From Alphaproteobacteria bacterium (lineage in GTDB: Bacteria > Pseudomonadota > Alphaproteobacteria > UBA6615): a stretch of DNA of 56,007 nt. Below, in pieces: positions 34,912-47,423 of this stretch. A program made the translations under genes and the position numbers. The notes under the pieces were generated by a model. The model did not search any database. It saw only the letters and a list, made by a program, of their open reading frames with translations, and was not told the origin of the DNA. Location of the stretch: positions 1 to 56,007 of the forward strand of contig JAPKDV010000002.1 of NCBI GenBank assembly GCA_028822385.1, written 5' to 3'. Every line of letters starts with the position of its first letter. Positions within the stretch are counted from its first letter, which is position 1.

Positions 34912-36536
34912 GCTGCTTTGGCAGGTGCCCGGCGGTCCTCACGGATCATGTTCGCGGCCTTCTCGGCAATCATGATAATTGGTGAATTGGTGTTGCCGCT
35001 GGTGATGGTTGGCATCACTGAAGCATCAACCACACGCAATCCCTTAATTCCATGCACCCGCAACCGGTCGTCGACCACGGCCGTGTCATCACTGCCCATC
35101 TTTGCTGTCCCGACCGGATGAAAAATTGTGGTAGCGATGTCGCCAGCAGCGCGTGCAAGGTCTTCGTCGCTTTCAACTTCCGGGCCCGGCTTGAATTCCT
35201 CTGGCGCGAATTGCGCCATGGCTGGTTGGTTGACGATGCGTCGAGTCAACCGAATGGCCTCTACGGCAACCATACGGTCAGCGTGGACTGACAGGTAGTT
35301 CGGCCGAATGGACGGTTTGTCGCCCGGTGTGCCGGACTTGATGTGCACCGTGCCACGGCTTTCCGGACGCAGGTTACACACACTCGCGGTGAAGGCCGGG
35401 AAGGGATGCAAGGGTTCGCCGAACTTCTCAAGCGTGAGCGGCTGTACATGGTACTGCAGGTTAGGGAATTCGAGCGAGGGGTCGGATTTTGCGAATGCAC
35501 CGAGCTGAGAGGGGGCCATCGACATGGGTCCCGATCGCTTGAGCAAGTACTCAAGCGCAATGCCAGCTTTGCCAAACAAGCTCTGCGTCCGTTCATTGAG
35601 TGTCTTCACGCCGCTAACCTTGTAGGCACAACGCACTTGAAGATGATCCTGCAGGTTTTCGCCCACGCCGTTCAGTCCATGGACCACATCGATACCGTGC
35701 TCACGGAGCAGATCGGGCTGGCCGATTCCTGAAAGTTCGAGAATTTGCGGGCTGCCAATGGAACCGGCGGACAGGATCAGTTCGCCCGCGACGGAGACAC
35801 GTGCTGGATCGCCTTTGTGACGCAAGGTCAAGCCTGTAACTCGCTTGCCGTTGAATTCGATGCGGTCGGCTTCGGCATGCGTGATGACGGTCAGGTTCGA
35901 ACGACCTTTGACGGGTTTGAGGAAACCTTTTGCAGTGCTCCAGCGGATGCCAGAACGCTGGTTGACATGAAAATAGCCGCAGCCGTGGTTGTCACCCCGG
36001 TTGAAGTCATTGGTTTTGGGGATGCCTTCCTGAGCTGCTGCCTCCTGGAAGGAATCCAGCAGGTCCCAGGACAGGCGTTGGTTCTCGACGCGCCATTCAC
36101 CACCTTCGGCATGCAGGTCATCTGGAGGAACGGCGGCCTGATCCTCTGACTTGAGGAAGTAGGGCATCACGTCATCCCAGCCCCAGCCGGTGTTGCCGAG
36201 CTGGCGCCACTGATCATAGTCGCGGCTCTGGCCACGCATGTAGATCATGCCGTTGATTGAGGAGCAGCCGCCCAGCACGCGTCCGCGTGGATAGTCGAGT
36301 GAACGCCCGTTCAGCCCTTCTTCGACTTCGGTCTTGAACAGCCAGTCAGTACGCGGGTTGTTCATACAGTAGAGATAGCCGACGGGAACGTGAATCCAGA
36401 AATAGTTGTCCTTGCCACCGGCTTCGAGCAGCAGCACCGATATATCGGGGTCGGCTGAGAGTCGGTTCGCCAGCACACAGCCTGCCGAACCGGCACCAAC
36501 GATCACGTAGTCAAATGTGCCAAGATCCTTCATCAC
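34908..36536 (-). CDS. GMC family FAD-dependent oxidoreductase (choline-dehydrogenase-like)
   Basis: [35 protein letters not shown]-terminal HPVGTAKMG. 542 aa. Confidence 0.9.
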   Translation of the reverse strand: MMKDLGTFDYVIVGAGSAGCVLANRLSADPDISVLLLEAGGKDNYFWIHVPVGYLYCMNNPRTDWLFKTEVEEGLNGRSLDYPRGRVLGGCSSINGMIYMRGQSRDYDQWRQLGNTGWGWDDVMPYFLKSEDQAAVPPDDLHAEGGEWRVENQRLSWDLLDSFQEAAAQEGIPKTNDFNRGDNHGCGYFHVNQRSGIRWSTAKGFLKPVKGRSNLTVITHAEADRIEFNGKRVTGLTLRHKGDPARVSVAGELILSAGSIGSPQILELSGIGQPDLLREHGIDVVHGLNGVGENLQDHLQVRCAYKVSGVKTLNERTQSLFGKAGIALEYLLKRSGPMSMAPSQLGAFAKSDPSLEFPNLQYHVQPLTLEKFGEPLHPFPAFTASVCNLRPESRGTVHIKSGTPGDKPSIRPNYLSVHADRMVAVEAIRLTRRIVNQPAMAQFAPEEFKPGPEVESDEDLARAAGDIATTIFHPVGTAKMGSDDTAVVDDRLRVHGIKGLRVVDASVMPTITSGNTNSPIIMIAEKAANMIREDRRAPAKAA

Positions 36537-36555
36537 GCGATTGTCCTGCTGTTAC

Positions 36556-37116
36556 TTATTCGGCCGCGATCTCGATCAGTTGGCCATTGTCGTCTACGGC
36601 GAGGCCTGTGTTGCGGGCAGCTTCAATCACAGACGGGTGCCAGTGGACCTTGCCGGTATCAGGACCACCGACGATGAAGTGCAAGGTCGCGGGGGTGTCG
36701 CCGGCATTCTTGAACCCGCGATAGATGCCGATTGGAACGGATACCGTGTCACCAGCTTCTAGAATGACTTCGCGCTCTTCGTCGCCATCGCGCCAGTAGA
36801 TCGACCATTTCCCATCGAGCGGCATGAAAACTTCTTCAGTCTCATGCCAGTGAAGGGCGGCACCACAACCGGGTTCACATTTGGCAAAGCCAGCGGCAAA
36901 GCCGTGTGCAGCTCCAACCTTCGGCGTGAGATCAGGGTCATCCTCATTCTCGGTCACGCCGAGACCGAGCAGATTGATCATCTCGCGCTCATGACCAGGA
37001 ATGCGCTGGTCCATGAAGCAGAGCGCGCTGCCTTTCAGCTCTTTGAAGCGCGCCACGCACTGCTGCATGTCGTCAACGCTGACGCTGGGTCCGGGAGGGG
37101 GATCAAGGCGTATCAT
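36556..37116 (-). CDS. Cupin domain protein
   Basis: Intact cupin motif 1 GCGAALHWHETEEVFMPLDG. 19 nt downstream of the GMC oxidoreductase gene in the same orientation. Confidence 0.7.
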   Translation of the reverse strand: MIRLDPPPGPSVSVDDMQQCVARFKELKGSALCFMDQRIPGHEREMINLLGLGVTENEDDPDLTPKVGAAHGFAAGFAKCEPGCGAALHWHETEEVFMPLDGKWSIYWRDGDEEREVILEAGDTVSVPIGIYRGFKNAGDTPATLHFIVGGPDTGKVHWHPSVIEAARNTGLAVDDNGQLIEIAAE

Positions 37117-37222
37117 CTTGGTTTCTCCTGTGATTGCATCTTCGGGTGTAAATTTCGCTTACCTATCTTAGCTATAAGGCCCCTGATTGTCTTGCGGCAG
37201 GCCGTCGCGTAGCTTCTCCGCT

Positions 37223-39016
37223 ATGAGTGAAATATCCTATCCAGATCGCCTCGCGGCTTTGCGCGCTATCCTTACCGAGCATTGCCTGGACGGTTTTGTC
37301 GTTCCGCACGCTGATGCGCAGCAGAACGAGTTTCTGCCTCCGAATGCAGAGAGGCTGTTGTGGTTGACGGGGTTCAATGGTTCGGCTGGTGCGGCCGTAG
37401 TGTTGCACGATCAGGCCGCAATATTTGTCGATGGGCGCTACACGTTGCAGGTCCGCGACCAGGTGGACGAGGAACTATATTCCTTCCACCACCTTGTTGA
37501 GGAACCAGTGGCTGCATGGTTGGGGTCTGTGCTGTCGCAAGGTGCGAAGCTCGGCTTTGACCCTTGGTTGCACACGCAAGCCCAGAGAGATCGAATTGAG
37601 AAAGCTGTCACCGCGGCGGGAGCTGAATTCGTGCCTGTGTCTGACAATCCCATCGATGTTGCTTGGCATGATCGTCCATTGCCGCCAGCGGCGCCGGTCG
37701 TGCCCCATGAAGCGCGTTTTGCTGGACGTTCGAGCACTGACAAACGTGCCGATCTGTCGGCATCCCTGCGCGAGAACGGGCTCGATGCCGTGGTGCTCAC
37801 ACAGCCGGATTCTATTGCCTGGCTTTTGAATGTGCGCGGAGGCGATATCGATTACACTCCGTTGCCGTTGAGCTTTGCTATTGTGCATGCTGACCGTGAC
37901 CTCGACTGGTTTGTTGCGCCGGAGAAACTGTCGGACGAGTTGCTGGCGCATCTTGGAAATGGCGTGGCTGTTCACAAGCCCGCTGCCTTTGGTGCTGGGC
38001 TAGACGGTCTTGCAGAAAACTACGTTTGGGCCTGTCCCGACAGCGCGGCTGCGTGGGTGTTTGAACGTCTTTCACAAGCGAGTGCGAAAATTTCGCGTGG
38101 CGAGGATCCGGTTACACTCTCCAAGGCCATCAAAAACGAGACCGAACTGACGGGAACCCGGGCCGCGCATATGCGCGACGGTGGTGCGCTTGCAGGCTTC
38201 TTGCATTGGCTGTCAGTAAACGCGCCCGGTGATGACATTGATGAATTGTCGGCGGCGGCGAAACTGGCCACATTCCGGACACCGGGAGAGCATTTTCGCG
38301 ATCTCAGTTTTGGGACGATTTCTGGTTCTGGTCCGAATGGTGCGATCGTCCATTATCGCGTTACCGAGGTGACCAACCGCAAGCTAGGCGAGGGTGAACT
38401 CTATCTGGTTGATTCGGGAGCGCAGTATCTCGACGGTACCACCGATGTGACCCGCACGGTTGCCATCGGAATACCCACGGATGAAATGCGTGACCGTTTC
38501 ACCCGTGTCTTGAAGGGCCATATTGCGTTGGCGACACTGCGGTTTCCACCTGGGACAACCGGCGGCCAGATCGACGTGTTGGCGCGTCAGGCGCTCTGGA
38601 ATGCGGGGCTCGATTATGACCACGGCACAGGCCACGGTGTAGGAAGCTATCTGGGAGTCCATGAAGGGCCGCAGCGCATCTCGAAGGTTGGCGCCACTAC
38701 GCCCTTGCAGCCGGGCATGATTATTTCCAACGAGCCCGGATTCTACAAAGAAGGTGCCTTCGGCATCCGAATCGAAAATCTGGTGGCAGTGAGAGAAGCT
38801 TCTGACATTCCAGGCGGTGAGTGGCCGATGCTGGGGTTTGAAACTCTGACTCTGGCGCCTATCGATCGTAGCCTGATAGATAAATCACTGCTCACGCTTG
38901 ATGAGCACGGTTGGCTCGATAGATATCACGCCCGGGTTTGCGAAGAGATAGGACCTCTGATCGAAGATGCGGCACGGGAATGGTTGCTGGCCGTCACAGC
39001 CCCACTGGGAGATTAG
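37223..39016 (+). CDS. pepP: Xaa-Pro aminopeptidase (M24B, aminopeptidase P family)
   Basis: Creatinase-like N-terminal domains and a pita-bread catalytic domain (YLVDSGAQY, DVTRT, HGTGHGVGSYLGVHEGP, SNEPGFY, IRIEN). ATG 37223 (MSEISYPDRL). Confidence 0.9.
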   Translation: MSEISYPDRLAALRAILTEHCLDGFVVPHADAQQNEFLPPNAERLLWLTGFNGSAGAAVVLHDQAAIFVDGRYTLQVRDQVDEELYSFHHLVEEPVAAWLGSVLSQGAKLGFDPWLHTQAQRDRIEKAVTAAGAEFVPVSDNPIDVAWHDRPLPPAAPVVPHEARFAGRSSTDKRADLSASLRENGLDAVVLTQPDSIAWLLNVRGGDIDYTPLPLSFAIVHADRDLDWFVAPEKLSDELLAHLGNGVAVHKPAAFGAGLDGLAENYVWACPDSAAAWVFERLSQASAKISRGEDPVTLSKAIKNETELTGTRAAHMRDGGALAGFLHWLSVNAPGDDIDELSAAAKLATFRTPGEHFRDLSFGTISGSGPNGAIVHYRVTEVTNRKLGEGELYLVDSGAQYLDGTTDVTRTVAIGIPTDEMRDRFTRVLKGHIALATLRFPPGTTGGQIDVLARQALWNAGLDYDHGTGHGVGSYLGVHEGPQRISKVGATTPLQPGMIISNEPGFYKEGAFGIRIENLVAVREASDIPGGEWPMLGFETLTLAPIDRSLIDKSLLTLDEHGWLDRYHARVCEEIGPLIEDAAREWLLAVTAPLGD

Positions 39017-39018
39017 GA

Positions 39019-40143
39019 ATGCGCATTGCTGTTGTTGGCGGGGGACCTGCCGGGCTCTATTTTGCTACGCTCTGGAAGAAGCGTCATCCGGATGCAACGG
39101 TGCAGGTGTTCGAGCAAAACCCGACCGATGCCACCTTCGGGTTTGGAGTGGTGTTCTCGGACCGCGCGCTTGAATTTCTGCGCGATGACGATCCGGAAAC
39201 CCATGATTTGATCACGCCTGAGATGGAGACATGGAATGACATGACTCTGATCCATCGCGGGGAGAAGGTGACCATCGACGGGGTCGGATTCTCCTCGATT
39301 GGACGTCTTCATCTGCTTCAATTGTTGCAGGAACGTGCGCTTGCGGTGGGGGCGGAACTGAACTTTGAGACTGTCGTGGGGTCGGTTGATGTATTGGCCG
39401 ATTTCGACCTGATTGTGGCCTCAGACGGGGTCAACTCGGTGGTTCGGCGTGGTTTCGAGGGCGATTTCGGCATGTCCTTGTCTTATTTGCCGAACAAGTT
39501 CGCCTGGTACGGCGTGGAGAAGCCATTCGAGACCCTGACCCAGACTTTTATCGAGACCGACTATGGTCCGTTCAACGCCCATCACTATCGCTATACGCCG
39601 ACGATGAGCACGTTTCTGGTCGAATGCGCGCGCGAGACATGGGATACGGCCGGCTTTGCCTCAATGGACGAAGCAGAGTCATCTGTGAAATGCGCTGAAC
39701 TCTTCGCCGACACGCTCGATGGCAAACCGCTAATTACCAACAAGTCCAATTGGCGAAATTTTCCCCTGATGTGGAATGAACGTTGGTCACACCAAAATAT
39801 GGTGCTGGTGGGAGATGCTCTACACACCGCGCATTTCTCTATCGGCTCGGGTACTCGGCTCGCGCTTGAGGATGTGATCGTGCTGGTCAAGGCGCTCGAA
39901 GCCCAACCTGACGACATGTCAGCTGCGCTGCAGAGCTATGAGCAGACGCGCAAACCCATTGTTCAGAAAATCGTCAACGCGGCGACCTCCAGTGCACGGT
40001 GGTACGAAGATTTTGCCCAACATATGCAGTTGAGCCCGCTCGATTTCGGCTATGCCTATATGACCCGTTCGGGCCGCATTGATGACGATCGTTTACGGAA
40101 GTTCGCGCCGGGTTTCATGGCGGAATACGAAGGACAGGAATGA
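39019..40143 (+). CDS. FAD-dependent aromatic-ring-type monooxygenase (resembles the N-terminal module of (anthraniloyl/salicylyl)-CoA hydroxylases)
   Basis: MRIAVVGGGPAGLYFA (GxGxxG), DGVNS, GDALHTAHFSIGSGTRLALEDV. Starts 3 nt after the pepP stop. Confidence 0.75.
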   Translation: MRIAVVGGGPAGLYFATLWKKRHPDATVQVFEQNPTDATFGFGVVFSDRALEFLRDDDPETHDLITPEMETWNDMTLIHRGEKVTIDGVGFSSIGRLHLLQLLQERALAVGAELNFETVVGSVDVLADFDLIVASDGVNSVVRRGFEGDFGMSLSYLPNKFAWYGVEKPFETLTQTFIETDYGPFNAHHYRYTPTMSTFLVECARETWDTAGFASMDEAESSVKCAELFADTLDGKPLITNKSNWRNFPLMWNERWSHQNMVLVGDALHTAHFSIGSGTRLALEDVIVLVKALEAQPDDMSAALQSYEQTRKPIVQKIVNAATSSARWYEDFAQHMQLSPLDFGYAYMTRSGRIDDDRLRKFAPGFMAEYEGQE

Positions 40144-40144
40144 C

Positions 40145-42687
<2,543 letters not shown>

Positions 42688-43590
42688 TCACGCCTTAACC
42701 GCATTTGTTCGAGTATGTAATTTTAGGGCGCTTGCAAGTGCGCCGGCGATAACAAGCACCACACCAGCGATGGCGATCGCGCCGATGGCTTCACCCAGCC
42801 ACAACCATGCCAGCACCGTGACTCCAACAGGGACTAGCGCGACAGCTGTTGCCGTCGTGCTCGCCCCAAGTGCCGCGACAGCCCGGGGGTAGCCGATCGT
42901 CGAACCGGCAAACATGATGACACCTTGAAATAGCCACTGTGCGGTGAGTTCCTGCCAGGGGGCCTCTACAAGGGCGGTTGGTAGGAAGAGCAAGTGTATT
43001 GGTGTGAAGGTGACAAAGGAAAATGTTGCGACGATAGCCGCACTGCGAATGGGCTTGACGTTCCACCTTCGCGCCAGCACGGCGAAGAGGGACCAGGAGG
43101 CTGCTCCGACGAAGAACAGGGCATCGCCAAACCATTCGTTGGGCTGCCCGTTCCTCGTGGCATCCAACAAGAGAAATATGACACCGGCAAATATCAGAGT
43201 GACAGATACGTTACGTGCCGTGCTCATACGCTCCCCGGCTAGCCACCAGGCAAACGGGACAGTGAACAGAGGCAACGCGCCAGCCAAAATTGTCGCCCCG
43301 TGAGCTGCCGGTGCAAAATGATATCCACCGAAGGCAAAGACGGAGAAACCTGGTCCGGCGGTCATTGCAAGTAACAATGCCTGCCAGAAGGATATGCCAC
43401 CAAGTCCGTGTCGAATCAGCCAGGGCAGAAAAAGCGTTCCGGCAGCGCAGAAGCGCAATGTCGTTAAGTCGTAAGGGGTGAGCGTGAGCTGCGCGCCTAG
43501 CCGCCCGGACAGGTGGAAGCTGGTCCAGATGATGACCATGATCACAATCCACATCCAGCCGACAGTACGCTCTCGGCTGGATACACTCAC
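42688..43590 (-). CDS. DMT superfamily (EamA-like) transporter
   Basis: 300 aa with about 10 predicted TM segments and a duplicated EamA-type architecture. The start overlaps the recN stop (4 nt). Confidence 0.85.
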   Translation of the reverse strand: MSVSSRERTVGWMWIVIMVIIWTSFHLSGRLGAQLTLTPYDLTTLRFCAAGTLFLPWLIRHGLGGISFWQALLLAMTAGPGFSVFAFGGYHFAPAAHGATILAGALPLFTVPFAWWLAGERMSTARNVSVTLIFAGVIFLLLDATRNGQPNEWFGDALFFVGAASWSLFAVLARRWNVKPIRSAAIVATFSFVTFTPIHLLFLPTALVEAPWQELTAQWLFQGVIMFAGSTIGYPRAVAALGASTTATAVALVPVGVTVLAWLWLGEAIGAIAIAGVVLVIAGALASALKLHTRTNAVKA

Positions 43591-45308
43591 GCGGAGGCCT
43601 TCGTTTGTTTTGATTCGTTTTCACCTCGCATCAGGCGATCAGCTGCCGCGCGTGCTTCATCGGTCACTTTTGCTCCTGCGAGCATACGTGCGATCTCTTC
43701 GCGTCTCTGATCGTCGTTCAGCAACACCACATCTGTTTTTGTTAGGCCGTCTTTGGTGTTCACATCAGTTAGTTTCTTGACACGAAGATGATCACGTGCG
43801 GAGGCCGCCACTTGCGGGCTGTGAGTGACCACCAGTATCTGCTGATTGGTACGTGTGTTGGCAAGCTCAGCCAGTCGCGCACCGACAGCAGCAGCCGTAG
43901 CACCACCAATTCCTGTATCGACCTCGTCGAAAACAATGGTTCTGGTGCCCGAAGTTCCTGCGAGCACGACCTTTAGGGCCAGCATGATGCGGCTTAATTC
44001 ACCACCCGAAGCTATCTTTCCCAGAGGCCCCGGAGATGTGCCGGGGTTTGTCCTTACCTCGAAGGATACATTGTCGAGCCCGTGTTCTGCCCAACTGCTT
44101 TCATCGAGCCGGTCCAGACGCGTGGTCAGCGCAGCATTTTCAAGTTTGAGGGGAGGCAATTCGGCCGCGATCCCTTTATCGAGTTTCGCAGCGGCTTTCT
44201 TGCGCGACTTGGATAGTGATTCTCCGGCTTCACAGTAAACGCGGCGTGATTCCTCAACGACGTGCGCCAGTTGTTCAAGATGCCCATCGCGATCATCGAT
44301 GTCTGAAAGGCGCTCACCAATTCTAGTGCGGATGCACGGTAGTTCATCCGTCGTGACGCCGTGGCGTCGGGCGGCTGCATAAAGCGCAAACAGGCGTTCT
44401 TCCGAGGTTTCGAGTTCTCCGGGGTCTGCATCCATCGCATGAGCCACGGAATTGAGTTCGCCGACGGCCTCCGCAAGCTCGGCGTTGGCTTTGTCGAGCG
44501 CTGAAATAACAGGAGACAGCCGACCACCCGCTATTTCGTTGTCACGTTCGAGCAGGCGCGCAGCACGTTGTAAAAGTGTCTCGGCGCCTGGATCGCCGGT
44601 AAGGGCATCCGATGCGCCGTTGAACGTCTCGACAAGCCGTGTTGCGTTCTGCAAGAGAATGCGACGGGAGGAAAGTTCGGCTTCCTCGCCTTCTACCGGG
44701 TCCAGTGCATTCAGTTCTTCCAGTGCGCCGCGCAGTTCTTTGGCTTCGACCTGGGACGCACTTAGCGCGCCAATGGCATCTTCACGGGCCTGCACGGCTT
44801 CTTTCCATTTCTGGTGCAGCTTTGTGACTGTGTTGCGTTTGTCTGTAAGATTCCCAAAAGCATCAAGCGCGTTGCGCTGGACCACGGGATCGGCGAGGGA
44901 GAAACGCTCGAACTGGCCGTGAATTTCGACTAGTTCGTCTCCGATCTGCCGCAGCAATCCGATACTGATAGGTTGATCATTCACGAATGCGCGGCTTCGT
45001 CCGTCCGTTCCGACAGTTCTACGGAGAACCAGATCTTCGGCTGATTCGATGTAGATGCCGTGCTCTTGCAGCAAATCACTGAGGTCATCAGCCACAGAGC
45101 CGTCAAAAGTTGCCGTGACAGAAGCGTGTTTGGCGCCGTTTCGGACAAGTCCGGCATCAGACCTCGCACCCATAGTCAGGCCTAGGGCATCAAGGAGGAT
45201 AGATTTTCCGGCGCCAGTTTCACCGGTCAGCGCGCTCAATCCCGGCCCGAACGTCAAGTCGACCCGATCGATCAGGACGACGTCCCGGATCGATAGATGG
45301 AGTAGCAT
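43587..45308 (-). CDS. recN: DNA repair protein RecN (SMC-like ATPase)
   Basis: MLLHLSIRDVVLID..., Walker A GETGAGKS, long coiled coil, signature SGGELSR, Walker B IVFDEVD. Confidence 0.95.
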   Translation of the reverse strand: MLLHLSIRDVVLIDRVDLTFGPGLSALTGETGAGKSILLDALGLTMGARSDAGLVRNGAKHASVTATFDGSVADDLSDLLQEHGIYIESAEDLVLRRTVGTDGRSRAFVNDQPISIGLLRQIGDELVEIHGQFERFSLADPVVQRNALDAFGNLTDKRNTVTKLHQKWKEAVQAREDAIGALSASQVEAKELRGALEELNALDPVEGEEAELSSRRILLQNATRLVETFNGASDALTGDPGAETLLQRAARLLERDNEIAGGRLSPVISALDKANAELAEAVGELNSVAHAMDADPGELETSEERLFALYAAARRHGVTTDELPCIRTRIGERLSDIDDRDGHLEQLAHVVEESRRVYCEAGESLSKSRKKAAAKLDKGIAAELPPLKLENAALTTRLDRLDESSWAEHGLDNVSFEVRTNPGTSPGPLGKIASGGELSRIMLALKVVLAGTSGTRTIVFDEVDTGIGGATAAAVGARLAELANTRTNQQILVVTHSPQVAASARDHLRVKKLTDVNTKDGLTKTDVVLLNDDQRREEIARMLAGAKVTDEARAAADRLMRGENESKQTKASA

Positions 45309-45314
45309 CGTTGT

Positions 45315-46178
45315 CTAGAAAGGCCAGAGGCGGCTAAAAAATCCGCCGCTGTCTTTTTTAGGGTCAGCCTCGCCATCACCGTCGAGATCCACAGCCGTCA
45401 CACCTTCGACCAGTTCGTAACTGTCGGCATACCAATCGCTGCCGGGGAAGTTATGGCCAAGAACGGCAGCGTTGATCTTTGCCTCGGGCTCAATTCCGAG
45501 GGCTGTATAAGCTTCAGACAGCCGGTGCAGGGCCTCAGGCACATGAGTGGTAGTTTGAAAGTTTTTTATTACTGATTTGTAACGGTTGATCGCTGCGAGA
45601 TAGTTCGCGCGCTTATGGTAGTATCGCCCGACTTCCATTTCTTTGCCCGCTAGGTGATCTCTGGTCAAATCAAGCTTGAGACGGGAATCGCCCGCATAAC
45701 TGGAATTCGGAAACCTGCGTACAACCTCATCGAGTGCAGCCATTGCCTGTTCGGTGTTGCGTTGATCGCGTTCTACATCGGTTATCTGTTCGTAATAACA
45801 TAGCGACTTGAGGTAGTAGGCATATCCAACATCCCGGTTGCCGGGATGCAATTGAATATACCGGTCAACTGCCAGAATAGCGTCATCGTATTTGCCGTCG
45901 GAGTAGTAGCTGAAGGCAGACATCAACTGGGCTTTGGTCGCCCAGACTGAGTAGGGGTGTTGGCGCTCAACCTCAAGAAAGAGGTCAGCTGCCTCTTTGT
46001 ATTCCTCGACATCTAGGGTGCTCATAGCCTCATTGTACAGATCCTCAACCGAGCGTTCGGCATAATCTAGCTCGTCGGTGGAACAGGCAGCGAGGATCAA
46101 GGTCGCGAAGAGGACAGAACAAAGACCAATTCGACCATGCCAGGGAGATGTGATGCGTTTAGTCATCGAGGTCGCCAA
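45315..46178 (-). CDS. bamD: Outer membrane protein assembly factor BamD
   Basis: Lipobox LILAAC followed by TPR-like repeats (YNEAM..., YKEAADLFLEVERQHPYS..., AQLMSAFSYYSDGKYDDA). Confidence 0.9.
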   Translation of the reverse strand: MATSMTKRITSPWHGRIGLCSVLFATLILAACSTDELDYAERSVEDLYNEAMSTLDVEEYKEAADLFLEVERQHPYSVWATKAQLMSAFSYYSDGKYDDAILAVDRYIQLHPGNRDVGYAYYLKSLCYYEQITDVERDQRNTEQAMAALDEVVRRFPNSSYAGDSRLKLDLTRDHLAGKEMEVGRYYHKRANYLAAINRYKSVIKNFQTTTHVPEALHRLSEAYTALGIEPEAKINAAVLGHNFPGSDWYADSYELVEGVTAVDLDGDGEADPKKDSGGFFSRLWPF

Positions 46179-46325
46179 AAATCAGTGCAATCAGACATTC
46201 GGCCATCAACAGGGTGCGGGCAATGTCTGAACATCTTTGGAAGCAATATACCATGTAGGAGCCAGATTCACAGAAAAACGGGCCAGAAAAACCGTCCGTT
46301 GATCAAATATGATCGGAATTCAGGT

Positions 46326-47252
46326 TCAGGCAGTTGCGAGCATTAGTTTTGGTTCAGTCGGGATATCGTTGGCACCTTCATAACGCCAAGCAGTCGGGTC
46401 CAAGAGCAGCGCCCGCACAATGGCGTGATTCATGGCGTGTCCCGACCGGAAACCCTGGAAATGCCCTGAAATTGCGGCGCCGGCCAGATAAAGATCGCCA
46501 ATGCAGTCGAGGATCTTGTGGCGCACGAACTCATCGTCGTAGCGAAGGCCTTCCTCATTCAGGATTTTGTCGCCGCTTACGACAACGGCGTTGTCGAGGC
46601 TACCGCCACGCGCCAAACCCATTTTACGAAGCTGATCAACTTCCTCGGCGAATCCGAAGGTGCGTGCCCGGGAAATCTCACCCTTGAAGGTGCCATTAAC
46701 CATGCGAACACTTTTGTCCTGCTTGCCGATGGCGTCGGAGTCGAAATCGATTTTGAAGCCTATAGAAAATCCGTCGCCTGGTGAAAGAGAAGCCTCACGA
46801 CCGTCATCAAAAATCTCAATACGTTTGAGGACCTCGATCACGCGGCGTGCTTTGGTTTGTTCTAGAACACCCGCGCATTCGATTAAGAAAACAAAAGGTG
46901 CTGCACTACCATCCATGATTGGCATTTCAGGGCCGTCAACTTCAACATAGACGTTGTCGATACGACAACCAGCAAGGGCAGCCAGCAGATGCTCGACGGT
47001 GGCAATCTTGATGCCGTGGCCATTGCCCAGCGTGGTGCACAATGTGGCTTCGACCACATTCTCGACGAGAGCTTCGATTTCGGCGTCATTGCCTGCTTTA
47101 TCTGTCCGACGGAACACGATGCCAGTGTCTTCGGGGGCAGGCTTGAGGACGATGGATACGGTACTGCCTGTGTGTAGGCCTGTGCCGCTGCAACCAATTT
47201 CGCTCTTCAGCGTGTGTTGAAGGTTTTCGCCGTATTCGAGGTCGTCGGTCAT
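46326..47252 (-). CDS. lpxC: UDP-3-O-acyl-N-acetylglucosamine deacetylase
   Basis: QHTLKSEIGCSGTGLHTG, TVEHLLAAL, EFVRHKILDCIGDLYL, SGHAMN. ATG 47252 is preferred over 47294. Confidence 0.95.
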   Translation of the reverse strand: MTDDLEYGENLQHTLKSEIGCSGTGLHTGSTVSIVLKPAPEDTGIVFRRTDKAGNDAEIEALVENVVEATLCTTLGNGHGIKIATVEHLLAALAGCRIDNVYVEVDGPEMPIMDGSAAPFVFLIECAGVLEQTKARRVIEVLKRIEIFDDGREASLSPGDGFSIGFKIDFDSDAIGKQDKSVRMVNGTFKGEISRARTFGFAEEVDQLRKMGLARGGSLDNAVVVSGDKILNEEGLRYDDEFVRHKILDCIGDLYLAGAAISGHFQGFRSGHAMNHAIVRALLLDPTAWRYEGANDIPTEPKLMLATA

Positions 47253-47376
47253 ATGGTTATTCTTGTTTAGATGTGGGTGCCCATGGGGCAGCAATTTACC
47301 AAATATTACTCATCCAGATCTAACAACGTGGAGCAGGTCGTTACAAATCACTTCTTGTTACAGAATGTTACGTTCT

Positions 47377-47408
47377 GAGCCGCGGATTTCTGAAGAAACC
47401 CACGGCTC
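47377..47408 (-). terminator. Long hairpin 16 nt downstream of the ftsZ stop
   Basis: On the minus-strand RNA: GAGCCGUGG-G-UUUC-uuca-GAAA-U-CCGCGGCUC. That is 9 bp (one G.U), an internal mismatch, then 4 bp. There is no U-tract, so it could be a terminator or an RNA-stability element. Confidence 0.4.
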
Positions 47409-47423
47409 GGAACCTAAGTGTTT

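Noticed and set aside
45329-45359. GGCGG-N9-CCGCC hairpin followed by TTTTTT, looking like an intrinsic terminator.
   Set aside because: It is on the plus strand, inside the 3' coding end of bamD (minus strand), and no plus-strand gene lies upstream. On the minus strand it encodes the C-terminal ...GGFFSRLWPF residues. It is most likely coincidental.
45309-45500. SOS (LexA) box for recN, and likewise upstream of uvrD (31600-31730).
   Set aside because: I searched by eye for the alphaproteobacterial direct repeat GTTC-N7-GTTC (GAAC-N7-GAAC) and found only single half-sites, for example GTTCGTAACTGTCGG. No supported box.
46179-46325. Weak stem plus U-run (AACGG...CCGUUUUUCUG on the minus-strand RNA) after lpxC as a terminator.
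   Set aside because: Only 4-5 bp of pairing with a 10-14-nt loop, which is too weak to call.
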